Assembly: GCF_902713615.1 (NCBI RefSeq) | Contig: NW_024055494.1 | Span: 1 to 64,000, forward strand | DNA: 64,000 nt | Direction of reading: 5' to 3' | From: Scyliorhinus canicula | Lineage: Eukaryota | In this document: positions 11,561-25,452 of the stretch, in pieces | Layout: each line of letters begins with the position of its first letter | Numbering within the stretch: the first letter of the stretch is position 1 | Made by a program: the position numbers and the translations under genes | The notes under the pieces: model-generated | The model's database searches: none | What the model was told of the DNA's origin: nothing | The model's input: the letters and a program-made list of their open reading frames with translations, nothing else

Positions 11561-12279
11561 CGGGGGCCGCTGGGTTAATAAACTGCCATTTAACTGTGAA
11601 TAGCCTTCAGGAAAAATTGTTTTGTCATCCCCTGGAGATTACAGACGGAGAGGCAATCATCAAAATCAATTTATAAAATATACAGAAATGTACGATGGCT
11701 CCCACTTTTCAGTTACTAATTCCAATCATTATAATAGCTAAGTGTTTCTTCGCTGTGTTTTTGGAATCCAGTGCAGGCCTGTCGTTAAGAGATAAAGTTA
11801 GGAGGCCTCGTTTTTTTGTTCCTATCATCGAAAGCTCTCTTTGTGCCTTAAATCAATTGGTTGAAATATATTTTTCAAGGTGGAAAGGGGGTGAAAACCC
11901 TATTGCCAATGCATCATCCATGCGACAGAGAAATCCACTGTATCAATCCACCTGCTACAGGGCTTAGTGTCGACTCCAACCACTCACTGGTCCATTGTCT
12001 CTGCAGAATGTACAGTCGACAAAATATGTTGAGTCCAAGTCTAGGAAGTAGAATGAATGGAGAGATGGCTACAAAACAGGACTCTATTAAGAGGTGTTTC
12101 TCTTTGTTACTGGAACGCTCAGTTTTATGGATCTCACGCCCTGGGATGGATTAATTATCCCGTTGTGGGAACAGAGGGGTGGAATAATGTTCAGTCCATA
12201 GTGCACCTATCTTGGGAGAGTAATGCCCAGGATATTCTATTGCGGCACCTTATTTAAATATGTACCATTTACATGCAAC

Positions 12280-12558
12280 ACAGTGGTTATGTCAGCAGAA
12301 CTTCCTCAGTACCAGTTCCTGCTTTGGATGACTATGTGGAGTTTGTATGTTATCCCCATTTCTGCATGTGTTTCCTCCGGGTGCTCTGGTTTCTTCCCAT
12401 GGTCCAAAAATATGCAGGTTAGGTGATTTGACCATGATAAAACGCCTTAGTGTGCAGGTTAGGTGGGGTTGCAGGGGATAGGGTGGGGGAATGGGTTGGT
12501 AGGGTACTCTTTCAGATGGCTGATGGAGCTTTTGCACTGTAGAGATTCTATGTTTCTA
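12280..12558 (+). mobile_element. HE1-like SINE (diverged)
   Basis: V-domain-like core and tgcactgtagagattctatg tail. Confidence 0.7.
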
Positions 12559-12689
12559 TTTAGTTCATACTGCCTCTCTTCATTTTTCCTTCCAAAATCC
12601 ATAATTGACTGATCACTTTGATATGCTCGGAGGGTGCTAAACGAACACGAGAACTTTTGTTCAGTTTTGTAACTGATATAAAGTTGTAG

Positions 12690-12826
12690 ATAAAAGCAAA
12701 CTACTGCGGATGCGGGAATCTGAAACCAAAACAGAAAATACTGGACAATCTTAGCAGGACTGACAGCATCTGTGGAGCGAAAAGGGAAGCTAACGTTTCG
12801 AGTCTGGATGCGTCTTTGTCAAAGCT
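12690..12826 (-). mobile_element. Penelope-like element terminal (pLTR) fragment, family 2
   Basis: Homologous to the 3' end of the Penelope element at 37140-37265 and to 38020-38125. Confidence 0.65.
12788..12826 (-). ncRNA. Minimal type I hammerhead ribozyme-like motif, U3-A8 variant, stem II degenerate
   Basis: Reverse complement AGCU-UUGACAA-A-GACGC AUCCA GACUC-GAAA-CGUU-AGCU. Confidence 0.5.
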
Positions 12827-13045
12827 GCCTTGGGTCACTGTCTGTGCGGAGTCTGCATGTTCTCCCTGTGTCTGTGTGGGTTTTCTCCAGGTGCTCCAGT
12901 TTCCTCCCACAGTGTAAAGATGTGCAGGTTAGGTGGCGTGACTGGGATAGGACAGGGGAGTGGCCCTATGTCGGGTGCTCTTTCATTGGGTTTGTGCAGA
13001 CCCAATGGGCCGAATGGCCTCCCTCTGTACTCTAGGGATTCAATG
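12827..13045 (+). mobile_element. HE1-like SINE A1, 5'-truncated
   Basis: Core plus atgggccgaatggcctcc tail. Confidence 0.8.
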
Positions 13046-13144
13046 GACTAACCCCATATATGGTCCACAAGGGAGGCAGTGGGACCAATGTCCATGTTTC
13101 AATTACCACCAAAAAGACTTGATTAATCAGTCTGATTTTGGTTA

Positions 13145-16125
13145 ATGTATTTTATTCCAAACTTAAATAAAAGTTACAAAACATAAACAATTCGGAATTG
13201 AACTTCCCAGCACATTATAGTTTGTTCAAATTTTCCCCCTTTTTCACCCCCCCCCCCCCCCCCCCCCCCGCCCAAGGAACAGCTCCTCAAAAATGGCCAC
13301 AAACATCCCCCACCTTGCCTCAAAACCCTCCACTTAAACCCTTAATTCATATTTGATATTTTCCAGCCAAAGAAAGTCTTACAAGTCACCCAGCTAGGCT
13401 GCTACACCCGGTGGTCGCCACTCCAATAAAATTCACCGGGAATAAGGGAGGCGAAGGCCACAACATCGGCCTTCCTCCCCTCCATCAGGTCTGGCTTCTC
13501 TGATATGCCAAATATCGCCCCAAAGGCTCCGGCTCAATCTCCTCCACTATCCTTGTTAGCATCGCAATCTCTCCCTCTCAGAAACCCTCCAACTTTTCGC
13601 AGCCCCAGAACATTTGTGCATGGTACCCGCCCACACTTCTCATGCTCATCTGCTACCCCCTGGAAGAACCCAATCATTCTTGCCCGAGTCATGTGCACCC
13701 TGTGTACAATCTTGAACTGTATCTGGCTCATCCTTGTGCACGAGGCAGCTGCTTTTACCCTTTATAATGTCTCACTCCATACTCCCGAACTTATCTCCCT
13801 CCAACCTTCCCTCCCACCTCTCCTTAATCTTCATCACCTGCTCACCTCCCTGCTCTCCCAGCCACCTGTATATGTTCTCAGTCCTGCCCTCCGTTCCGTG
13901 TCCGGAAGCAGCAATCAATCCAACAGGGTGTACCTCGGTAACCTGGGAACCTCTTACCAAAGTTTCCGCGCATCGTCTCTTACCTATGGGTACTTAAATT
14001 AACTTCCTCTCAGGATCTCTACCCTCTCCTTCAGTTCCTCTGCACTGGGAAATCTCTCTTCCAGGTACAGAACCCTCACCTGAGCCAGCCCCACTTCTCT
14101 CCACTTACTATACATACCGTCTATTCCTCCCCCACCCCCTCCGCCCCAGCTTGAAACCATGGTTTTCACACAGCGGCGCCAACACTGACATCCCTTGTAT
14201 CCTGAAATGCCTCCTCAGCTGCTTCCAGACCTTTACTGTAGACTGCACCACTGGGCTCTACACGTATTTCCTTGGCACCATTGGCAAAGCCGTTGTCACC
14301 ATAGCCCTCAAGCTGGATCCCCGATTGGATTCGTCGTCCACCCTAACCCATTCTGCCCCCTCTCCTTTCCGCCACTGCCTCACCTTCTCCACGTTTGCCT
14401 CCCAGTAATAATGCAGCAGGTTCAGCAAAGCCAACCCTCCCTTCTGCCTGTGTCTACATAACAGGGTCCTCTTACCCTTGGCCCCTTCCCTACTCATACA
14501 AAATCTGAAATAATCATATCCAGTTTTCACAAGATGGCCTTCGGTACAAATATCAGAAGTGTCTAGAATATGAATAGGAACTTCAGCAAAATTCTCATCT
14601 TCACCACTTGGACCCTCCCTGCCAGAGTAAAATGCAGCATGTCCCATTTCTTCAGATCCTCCCTAACCTCCTCCACCAGCTTTGTTAAATTCCATTTATG
14701 TAGCATCGCCCATTGCCTCGCTACTTGAATCCCCAGATACCTAAACCTGTCTCTGGCTACTTTGAATGGCAACCCCACCTAGGTTGGCTCGCTGACCCAA
14801 CGCGTTCACTGGGAACACTTTACTTTTCCCTACGTTTAACTTATATCCTGAGAACGCCCCGAACTTCCCCAACAGGCCCATAATCCTCTCCATGCTCTCC
14901 AGCGGGTCCATTATATACAATAGCAGTTTGTCCGCATATAGTGACAACTATGCTCCCTATGTCCCCTCATAATCCCTTGCCACTCTATCAACCCCCTAAG
15001 AGCCATTGCCAGTGGCTCCATAGTTAGTGCAGACAACAATGGCAACAGCAGGCATCCCTGCCTTGTCCACCTGTGCAGTTCAAAGTTTCACGAACCCACA
15101 TTGTGGGTCCGCCACCGTTGCAACGTATAACAGGCACCCCTTCAGTGGTATCAATGTGATTGTTTCCTGCGTCATCTCCGGCAGCTCCCCCTTCTCCAAC
15201 ACCTCATTAAACACTCCCAAGAGATATGGCACCAGGTCCGTCACAACCTCCTTATAAGATTCCGCTGGGTAACCGTCGGGCCCAGGGGCCTTCCCTAACT
15301 TCATACCCCTTATACTATCCATTTCCTCCCTCAGCCCCAAGGGCTCCTCCAGCACTGCCTCTTCTTTTCCTCCAACTGTAGAAACTCCAGTCCATCTAAA
15401 AACTGTCCCATGTCCCCCTCTTCACACCCCGGGTCTGCCCTATACAGCTCCTTATAATAATCCCTAAATGCCTCATGGCTCCAAGGCCACATCCCCTGCC
15501 TCAGTCTGTAGCCCCCAAATTTCCCTGGATGCGGCCTGCCTCCGTCACTGATGTGCCAACATTCGACTTGCCTTCTCCCCATATTCGTATTGCCCCCCTT
15601 TGCCCTAATTAGCTGTCCTACTGCCCTCCCCGTCATCAACCTATCAAATTGCCTCTGTAACTTTTTCCTCCTCACCAATCCCTCCGTGGTGGGGCCCTTG
15701 AGTCCTCCCCATCTACCTCAACTATCTTTCATTAACCACTCATATACCTCCCTCCTTTACCTGTCCGCATGTGCCTTGAACAAGCTAATCTCCCCTCGGA
15801 CCACCACTTTTAGTGTTTCCCAAAGTGTAGCCACCGACACCTCCCCATTTTGGTTCAATTCTGCATAATCTTTAGTCATAGTCTGCACTTTATCACAAAA
15901 CCCTCGATCTGCCAACAACCTCGAATCAAGCCTCCACCCCGGACTCTGCTCCCATCCCGATCTCAGCTGTATCTCCAACCAATGGGGCGCGTAGTCTGGG
16001 ATTACCATCCCTGCGTACTCTGCCCCTCCACCCTGACCAAGACCGCCCGGCTCACCACAAAGAAGTTGATTCTTGAATATACCCTGTAAACATGAAAAAA
16101 ATGAATACTCCCTTCCCCCTGGGTT
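13145..16125 (-). mobile_element. L1-clade LINE, degenerate ORF2 (endonuclease end, RT, C-terminus) plus 3' UTR
   Basis: Fragments YSRI.FFVV, PDYAPHWL (SDHAP), KAPGPDGYPAE, SLYADKLL (YADD), FRYLGIQ, GGLALLNL..YYW, IQFKIVHR; AATAAA near 13150. Confidence 0.9.
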
Positions 16126-16248
16126 CTTGAAGCGCCACAGTAATCAGTCTGATTGCAGTTTGTGGAATCTTATTTTGAGCAAAATGGCTGTTGTGAAACA
16201 GTAACAATATGTATCTATATAATGCAATTAATGGAATAAAATGTTTCA

Positions 16249-16428
16249 AGGGACTGATTTAGCACACTGGGCTAAATCGCTGGCTATTGAAGCAGACAAA
16301 GGCAGGCCAGCAGCATGGTTCAATTCCCGTATCAGCCTCCCCGAACAGGCGCCGGAATGCAGCGACTAGGGGCTTTTCACAGTCACTTCGTTGAAGCCAA
16401 TTTGTGACAATAAGCGATTTTCATTTCA
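16249..16428 (+). mobile_element. SINE family B
   Basis: Similar to 5407-5586. Confidence 0.85.
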
Positions 16429-16559
16429 GAGGAGGTTCGTAAAGAATAAATTGATGCTGAGTCACATAGGGCGATATTTGGGTAGATAACCAAAACCTCG
16501 ATTGGAGAGGAAGTAATAACAGGAATCTTTCATCAGGAGAGGGAGCTGGAGAAGTTTTC

Positions 16560-17279
16560 GGTTTTATTCCTCGGCCCCACCACCAATAGTAAAGTAATTA
16601 AAATCAGGGATGACAAAGAAGCCAGATTGAGAAGAATGTCGATATCTCAGAGGATGGTGGGACTGGAGATTGTAGAGACAGGGAGGGACAGGACTGTGGA
16701 GGAACTTGAAAACAATGATTCAAATTTTTAAATCAAGGCATTACTTCACTTGGAGCCAATGGAGGACAGTGAATGTGACTTGGATGTGAGAAAGTACAAG
16801 GGCAGCAGAGATTAGGATAATCTCACATTTCCATGTGGGAGTGGGGTGAATGGAAGAGGCTGGTTAGGAATGTATTGGAATCAGGTCTAAAGGTAACACA
16901 GGCATGGATGAGGGTTTCAGCAGCATCTGAGTCGGGATGGGGGTGGAGACAGGCTAGAGTTTGGAGATTGAAATATCTGGTATTAGTGCTGGTCTGTATA
17001 TGTGGTCACAAACTCATCTTGGGGTCCAATCTGACCCGGAGATTGTGCAGAGTGTTGTTCAGCCTCAGACAGTTCCCAGGGAGAGGGATGGACTTGGGAG
17101 TTAGGAAAGGGAATTTCTAATTGTGACTGAAGGCAATGGCTTTGATCTTCCTAATTTTTAATTGGAAGAAATTTCTGCTCATTCAATACTGGATGTGGGA
17201 TAAGCAGTTTGATAATTTAGTGATAGTGGAGGAATGGAGAGGGATGGTGGTGAGGTAGAGCTGGGTGTTGTCAGTGTAT
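16560..17279 (-). mobile_element. L2-clade LINE fragment
   Basis: Reverse complement near 17250-17279 reads YTDNTQLYL (YADDTQLY), followed by a W..N.L.L..K-type motif. Confidence 0.65.
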
Positions 17280-17450
17280 GAAATGAAAATGAAACTAAAA
17301 TCGCTTATTGTCACAAATAGGCTTCAAATGAAGTTACTGTGAAAAGTCCCTAGCCGCCACATTCCGGCGCCTGTTCGCGGAGGCTGGTACGGGAATTGAA
17401 CCGTGCTGCTGGCCTGCCTTGGTCTGCTTTCAAAGCCAGCGATTTAGCCC
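17280..17450 (-). mobile_element. SINE family B
   Basis: Similar to 5407-5586. Confidence 0.85.
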
Positions 17451-17454
17451 TAGC

Positions 17455-17730
17455 ATAGATCTGGATAGTTGTGGCCCCATCACTAATCCCAGGGGTAGTC
17501 CATTAGTTACAGTGTGCCAATTTGAAAATGACCCATTTATCCCAACTCACTCTTTGCTGATAGTTCTCCAAACCTCGATCTGTGCGAATATATCACCCCC
17601 AACACCATGAGCTCTTATCTTCTGCAGTAACCTTGTATGTGGTACCGTACTGAAAGCCTTTGGAAATCCAAACACACAACATTGACTGGTTCCCTTTATC
17701 CACCCTGCTTATTATATCCTCAAATAATTC
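17455..17730 (-). mobile_element. CR1 RT fragment
   Basis: ELFEDIISRVDKG..VV.LDF.K remnants. Confidence 0.6.
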
Positions 17731-17967
17731 AAGGCTCCTCTGTCTTTCTGGAGGGGAGGATAGGGAATAGAGGGGAGAGGGAGATCCCTTCAAAAGGAAC
17801 TAGCTTGTGTTGGAGATATTAAAAAGTCCTAACACAATGTGTGCTTAGCACAAAACTGATTTGACTGTTAACTGGAATATTCATTCCTATAACAGGGCTG
17901 GACTTTCTTAAACTCCGAAACAAACCCCAAGGACAAATGGATAAACAGCAAAATCCAATCAAAACAG

Positions 17968-18837
17968 TTATTTGTGAGCTCGCTGGTGTCTCAGCAGGGT
18001 GGATGAGTGAGCAAATCCCTTCTGACATATGGAGCAGGTGAATGGCTTCTCCCCAGTGTGAACTCGCTGGTGTGTCTGCAGGGTTGATGACTGAGTGAAT
18101 CTCTTCCCACACGTGGAGCAGCCAAATGGTCTCGCCCCGCTGTGAATACGCTGATGTTCCAGCAGGTCAGTTGACCCAGTGAAACCCTTCCCACACACAG
18201 AACAGGTGAATGGCCTTTCCCCAGTGTGAACTCGCTGGTGTTTCAGCAGTGCTGAAGAATTAGCGAATTCCTTCCCACAAACAGCGCAGGAGAATGGTCT
18301 CTCTCCAGTGTGAATTCGCTGGTGTGTCATCAGGCGTGACGACCGACTGAATCCCTTCCCACACTCGTTGCAGGTAAACGGGCTCTCTCCAGTGTGAATT
18401 CGCTGGTGTACAGTGAGGTCAGATAATTGCCTGAACCCAGTCCCACAGTCAGAGCCCCTGAAAGGCCTCTCGTCACTGTGAATACGTTGATGGCGCATCA
18501 CTTCCCCAGAACTTTTATAGCAATTCCCGCAGTCTGGGCATTTAAAAGGTCTCTCATCAGAGTGAACACGCTGGTGAGCCAACAGATTGCAAGACAGACT
18601 GAATCCCTTCCCACACGTGGAGCAGGTGAACGGTCTCTCCCCAGTGTGACTGCGCCGATGAGTTTCCAGCTCAACTGGATAATTGAATCCCTTCCCACAG
18701 TCTCCACATGTCCATGCTTTCTCCCCATTGTGTCTGCACTTGTGGTTCCAGAGGTCAGATAATTGGCTGAAGTCTCGTCCACACACAGAGCACGTGTTCA
18801 GTTTCTCCCAACTGTGAATGGTCCTTTCTCCTTCCAT
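17968..18837 (-). CDS. C2H2 zinc-finger protein ZNF-C, 10 fingers (finger 5 Cys to Gly)
   Basis: [15 protein letters not shown]..; acceptor ttcacag near 18946. Confidence 0.9.
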   Translation of the reverse strand: MEGERTIHSWEKLNTCSVCGRDFSQLSDLWNHKCRHNGEKAWTCGDCGKGFNYPVELETHRRSHTGERPFTCSTCGKGFSLSCNLLAHQRVHSDERPFKCPDCGNCYKSSGEVMRHQRIHSDERPFRGSDCGTGFRQLSDLTVHQRIHTGESPFTCNECGKGFSRSSRLMTHQRIHTGERPFSCAVCGKEFANSSALLKHQRVHTGERPFTCSVCGKGFTGSTDLLEHQRIHSGARPFGCSTCGKRFTQSSTLQTHQRVHTGEKPFTCSICQKGFAHSSTLLRHQRAHK

Positions 18838-19699
18838 ATTCAAAATCCAAAGATATTCAGGTTACGATAAATTGGACGACTCAATCAGATCCTGATGTGA
18901 TATTTGGTTTCAGTTTCCAAACTGCAAATTGTCCCTTTCTAATACCCTGTGAAATTGATTAAAAATAGAAAATGGTGTAAGAGCAAACCTACAAACAGAC
19001 AAGGGCAGGTTGTAAAACTGAGCCGAATGAATCTGGTCACTTGTGGGGCCAGCACGAGGAATAAGTGACCATAAAAACTGCTGGATTGTTGTAAAAACCA
19101 AACTGGTTCAGTGATGTTGTTCAGGGTAGGGAACCTGCCAAACTTGAGTTCATCCAAATATCTGCTACCATGTCCTCTGAACTGTGTCCCACTCACTCAT
19201 CACCCCTGTTCTCACTGACCTACTGGCCCCGGTTAAGTAACATCCTGGTTTGCAAATCTTGCTCCACCCTATTTCCAGCTGCACAAATGTTTAAATCTTT
19301 AACCTTCTGTAAAACAGAAACACTTACATTTGGGTACTGATGAACTAAGTGACTCTCAGTGTTTGAAGTGAATCTTGGGTGAGTTTTCCACCTTAAAATT
19401 CTGCTCTTCTAATGTCCTGTAAAAAGTCATCACTGTCAGTGCAGGATTAAAAATTCAGAAGAGAAAAATATTTCTCTTGGTTTGAGTTTACTGTGTGTAA
19501 ATCCTCCCCTTCTAACCCCCCTGTAAAAGGAGTTTCCAGAACCCAACACTGTCAGTCCAGGAGAGAAATTCGCAACATTCTCTCCTCCTGCTGTCAGGAC
19601 AGGGTGCACTGCACAGGCGCACTGTCCCCTCCCCAAACAAATGGGTCCAGTCTCCCGGATGTTGCCCCGCAGGATTGAACATTAGATTCTTAATCTTAT

Positions 19700-20240
19700 C
19701 CTGGAATCTCCACAGGGTGTTTATGGAGCCTCCACATCCATTCGGCCTCCTCTTATAATCAGCCGTTATTTACCACTTGAGGCATTTCCCACCCATTAGC
19801 AGATTGATATGAAGATCAACGAGTCAAAGATTTTCTCTCCTGGTCACTGGGATCCCGAAGCCCCGCCCACTCCAGCTACGTGTCCAAAAAGTCCCATATG
19901 CGCACTGCTCCAGCTGAAACAAGATGGTTTTTAAACCTGGGCCTATTCTCAGGAAAAAGCCTCCAACCTACAAACCCCGGGCCTGCGAGGTGATATTTGG
20001 GCTTAGGGCCTATCCCGGGTGTTTATGAAGCCTCCGCTCCCTCCCCACCCTCACCCTCACCTCCCGGCTCCCTTCCTCCCTCCCATTAACAATAACCTCT
20101 CCCGCACTCACCCGCCTCTGGGCAAGGTGAGCCTGCGCATGTTCCGGAGAGCTCAGCACTGAGCCTGCGCACTGACCTCCCGCAGAGTGAATAGGGCACG
20201 TTCACAAGCGCGTGGAATGCTGGGTAACGGCAGCGCCATT
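19700..20240 (-). promoter_or_regulatory. Leader/promoter region of ZNF-C
   Basis: ggaggcttcataaacaccc motif, YY1-like AAGATGG, NRF1-like TGCGCATG, GC boxes shared with the other cassettes. Confidence 0.55.
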
Positions 20241-20489
20241 GAAGCATCCAAACAGAAGAAAACTAATTTTGTTCAGCAATTGAAGCGAATTAAGAAATAC
20301 AACACATAAATTCTTGTGAATATCTGCGCTGCTATATTCAATTTCTAAAATACCTCTATTTTCCTATCAGTACACGATGAGTTTTTAAAACTTTTTCCAA
20401 CTTTTCCCTAACTCCTTCTCTCAGGGTGCTAAGTCTGTCTGCGTCAATCTCACAGTCACTGGTTCCTCTCCTCTATTTACTGATGCTGA

Positions 20490-21185
20490 ACTGCAATTCA
20501 ATGAGGGAAAATGTGAGATTGTTCATTTTGGAAGAATGAATGAGAAGGCGGATTCTTGTTTAAATGGTGAGACTGCAGATAGCTGCAGCAGAAAGGGACT
20601 TGGGGTTCTAGTTCATGAAACTCAGAAATTAGCATACAGGAGCAGAAGGTAATAGGGAAGGCAAATGTAATGCTGCTGTTTATTTCAAGGGAGATCTGGT
20701 CCCCTCATTTAAGGAAAGATATAATATATATCTGAGGCAGTATAGAAGAGATTTACACCAATGATCCCAGGTATGGAGACATTTCAATATGAGTAAAGAT
20801 TAAACATGTTGGGTCTGTACTCCGAGGAGTGCAGAAGTATGAGAAATGATATGATTGAAACATACAAGATTTGTAGAGGGTTAGACAGGATAAATATTGG
20901 GTGGATGTTTCCACTCATGGTAGAATGTAGGACCAGAGGACATAGTTGCAGAATAAAAGCATTTGAGGAAGAATTTATTCTTCCAAAGAATTATTTCCCC
21001 TGGGAAGCTTTGGAGGCTGTGTCCTTGAACATTTTCAGGGCTGAGATCAATAGGTTTTTAATAATTTAAGGAAATCTGGGTTATAGAGAGAAGGGAGGAA
21101 AGTGGACTTAGTGTTGGATCAGCCATTTTCTTATGAAATGGAGGACCAGGCTTGAAAGGCTGAATGGCCTACTACTGTTCCTGTT
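20490..21185 (+). mobile_element. CR1 LINE 3' end
   Basis: CEIVHFGR.N, RDLGV.V, RNDMIETYKI.RG.DR motifs and gatcagccat..gaatggcctact tail. Confidence 0.8.
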
Positions 21186-21289
21186 GAATATTAATTATTC
21201 TATGGAATGATACAGCACAGATGGAAACTATTTGGCCCATTATACCAGTGCTGGCTCTTTGGAAGATTCATCCAATTAATTCCACAGTC

Positions 21290-21592
21290 ATAATAATGAT
21301 AATTTTTATTATTGTCAAAGTAGGCTTAAACATTGCAATGAAGTTACTGTGAAAATCCCCTATCACCACATTCCGGCACCTGTTTGGGTACACTGAGGGA
21401 GAATTCAGAATGTCCAATTCACCTAACAAGCACGTCTTTCGGGACTTGTGGGAGGAAACCGGAGCACCTGGAGCAAACCCACAAAGGCACGGGGAGGTTG
21501 TGCAGACTCCACACAGTGACCCAAACCAGGAATTAAACCCGAATCCCTGGCGCTGTGAAGCCACAGTGCTAACTCTGTGCTAATGTGCCGCC
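21290..21592 (-). mobile_element. SINE family A3 (head and core A, Rex1-like tail shared with family B)
   Basis: V core followed by cccgaaagacgtgcttgttagg..ttttcacagtaacttcattgca..tgacaataa. Confidence 0.85.
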
Positions 21593-21684
21593 AATTAATT
21601 AACTATGATTAACACAAACTGATTTGACTTGATTTTTATTCAGAATTTAATTTCTTACAACAGGGTTGGAGTTTATGAACATCA

Positions 21685-22036
21685 TAATAATAATAATCTT
21701 TATTATTGTCACAAGTAGGCTTATAGGAATACTGCAATTAAGATACTGTGAAAATCTCCTAGTCGCCACATTTCAGCCCCTGTTCGGGCATAGATAGAAT
21801 TTACAGTGCAGGAGGCCATTCGGCCCATCGAGTCTGCACCGGCTCTTGGAAAGAGCACCCTACCCAAGGTCAACACCTCCACCCTATCCCCAAAACCCAG
21901 TAACCCCACCCAACACGAAGGGCAATTTTGGACACTAAGGGCAATTTATCATGGCCAATCCACCTACTATACAGAGGGAGAATTCAGAATGTCCAATTCA
22001 CCTAACAAGCATGTCTTTCGGGACTTGTGGGAGGAA
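21685..22036 (-). mobile_element. SINE A3 fragment with a nested A1 3' part (about 21790-21966)
   Basis: A3 tail split by an A1 tail. Confidence 0.7.
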
Positions 22037-22099
22037 CATACCCCAATGAATATGGTTCAGTCCAAGCTGCGATTCCCAAAACAATCCAGTCACTGAAGT

Positions 22100-23080
<981 letters not shown>

Positions 23081-23296
23081 AATCCAAAGGTATTCAATTT
23101 ACGATAAATTCGGTGGGTGTTAGATGCTGATACGATGTTTAGTTTGTGTTTCCTAACTGCAAATCCTCCCTTTCCAAGACCAACTATATTAACAGCTATA
23201 ACTGAGCTGGAGGTATTTTTCAATTCAGCAGAAACAGACTCAAATGAAGATAGTTCAATCCTGAATATGATTAACAGCATAATCCAATCATAACAG

Positions 23297-23908
23297 TTAC
23301 TTGTGAATTTGTTGGTGTTTCAGCAGGTTGGATGACTGACTGAATCCCATCCCACACACTGAGCAGGTGAATGGCCTCTCCCCGGTGTGAATGTATCGAT
23401 GTGCAAGTAGGTGGGATGATTGTGTGAATCCCTTCCCACATTGGGAGCAGATGAATGGCCTCTCCCCAGTGTGAACTCGCTCGTGTGTCCGCAGGGTATA
23501 TGAGTGAGCAAATGTCTTCCCAAAATGGGAGCAGGTGAACGGCTTCTCCCCACTGTGAACTCGCTGGTGTAATGCCAGGTTGGTTGACCAATTGAATCCC
23601 AACCCACACACAGTGCACATGAATGTCCTCTCCTGAGTGTGAATTTGCTGGTGTCTCAGTAGAGTGAATGTGTGACCAAATCCCTTCCCACACTGGGAGC
23701 AGGTGAATGGCTTCTCCCCAGTGTGGCTGCATCGATGAGTTTCCAGCTGGCATAGGAAATTGAATCCCTTTTCACAGTCACCACATTTCCAAGGCATCGC
23801 CCTGTCGTGACTGCAATTATGTTCCAAAAATCCAGATGATTGGTTGAAATCTTGTCCACACACAGGGCACAGCTTCCCCCCACTGTAGTCGGTGCTTTTT
23901 CCTTCCAT
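23297..23908 (-). CDS. C2H2 zinc-finger protein ZNF-E, 7 fingers (finger 5 Cys to Phe)
   Basis: 203-aa ORF MEGKSTDYSGGKLCPVCG..; conserved acceptor near 24018. Confidence 0.85.
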   Translation of the reverse strand: MEGKSTDYSGGKLCPVCGQDFNQSSGFLEHNCSHDRAMPWKCGDCEKGFNFLCQLETHRCSHTGEKPFTCSQCGKGFGHTFTLLRHQQIHTQERTFMCTVCGLGFNWSTNLALHQRVHSGEKPFTCSHFGKTFAHSYTLRTHERVHTGERPFICSQCGKGFTQSSHLLAHRYIHTGERPFTCSVCGMGFSQSSNLLKHQQIHK

Positions 23909-24214
23909 GTTCCAAATCCAATGATGTTCAGGTTACAATAAATTGGCTGTCTCCATCAGATTCTGATATCATGTTCGATGTCAGTTCCCCAATTGCAAAG
24001 CCTCCCCTTGTAATACCCTGTGAAATTGATTTAAAACAGAAAAATGGGAGTGAGAGAGAACCCACAAAAACACAAAGGCAGGTTGTGAAATTGATATGAA
24101 TCGATCTGGTAATTTGTGGGGCCGGCAAAGGGAAAAAGTGACCTTGAAAACTACTGGATTGGCATAGAAACCCAACTGGTTCACCTCTACTGGAGTAGAG
24201 AGAGAGTGAAAGGG

Positions 24215-24662
24215 TCTGTGGGAGGAAACCGGCACACCCGGAGGGAAACCCACAAAGACTGGGGAGAATGTGCAAACTCCACACAGTCACCCAAGGTCGG
24301 ATTCGAACCCAGGTCCTTGCACTGTGAGGCAGTGGTGAAATCAACTGTGCCACCCCGTTCTTTCTTCTCTGCCGCTACTCTGCCTCATCAGTGAGACATT
24401 GGGACTCAATGATAGATTGGCTGAGATACATAGAAGGAGGCCAATCGGTCCATCGAGCCTGCACCTCACTTCCACCCTGTAACCCAATAACCCCTCCTGA
24501 CCTTTTTGGACACTAAGGGGCAATTTATCATGGCCAATCCACTTAACCTGCACATCATTGGACTGTGGGAGGAAACCAGAGGTCCCAGAGGAAACCCATG
24601 CAGACACGGGGAGAAGGTGCAGACTCCGCAACAAACAGTGACCTCGGGGGAATGGAACCTGG
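24215..24662 (-). mobile_element. Two adjacent HE1-like SINE fragments
   Basis: Heads and cores at about 24215-24356 and 24428-24662. Confidence 0.7.
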
Positions 24663-24979
24663 GATATATTTTTTTTAATACTCCTCCGGGTCATTGGACA
24701 TTTGCCCCCCACAATGATGGCGATCACGCATGCGCCCTGATGCACATGGCGTCTATTAAATATGGCGGCCGATAACACGGGCTGAACGGGAGGATCTGCA
24801 GTCCCGCTCGGTACAAACTGGGTGGTCCAGTAAGCTCTTTTCAGAGGTTTGTGGCTCACACAACATATTTAGGCAGCGTTTCCGTAGAGTCACGTGATTC
24901 CTCGCGCCGTCCGTACTTACCAATTACGGAGTTGAAGAAGCCACCCTCTGTCGCCATTACGCACACTTCAATCACAGCG

Positions 24980-25115
24980 GGCCACGCCCCTCATTCACCC
25001 CGATTGGTTGGAGGACCAGCCGCTCTGTTGGTCCTCCAAGCCCGCCCCTCATCCTCCTATTGGGCGGGAGCTGCCGTCAATCACCCGGGCATTGTGACGG
25101 TTACAAATGCGCAGA
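24980..25115 (+). promoter_or_regulatory. ZNF-cassette promoter module, copy 2
   Basis: GC box, ATTGG, inverted repeat 25008-25039, ATTGG-N10-CCGTCAATCA, ATGCGCA. Confidence 0.7.
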
Positions 25116-25452
25116 AAATTGAGTCTCCAGATAAAACCTGCTGATGGCCACAAGCTGAGAATAAAAACCTGCTGGTCCCAAATTTGCTGGTCTGGGGCTT
25201 TTTCCCCGGGAACAGTCACAGGCTAATGGCTGCCATCTTGGTTCAGGGAGGAGCAGAGTTGTGAGGGAACAGGGAGTGGGTGGGGCTTCAGGGTCTCAGC
25301 GACTGGGAGAGAAAATTATTGAGTCGTTAACTTCACTCTCAGTCTGCACACTGGTTAGAACTGAACTGAGCCAGAGTAGACGATGGAGGAAAACTGGGAG
25401 TGGAGGAAAGGAATGGTGGAGATGGGACAATGAGTTGATAATAATCTTTACA

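Noticed and set aside
11880-12000. Possible RTE endonuclease remnant (VDSNHSLV)
   Set aside because: Too short and degenerate to support a call
24833-24848. agctcttttcagaggt resembles the histone 3' stem-loop
   Set aside because: Stem base is mismatched, there is no histone ORF upstream, and it lies in the ZNF leader module (compare about 11335)
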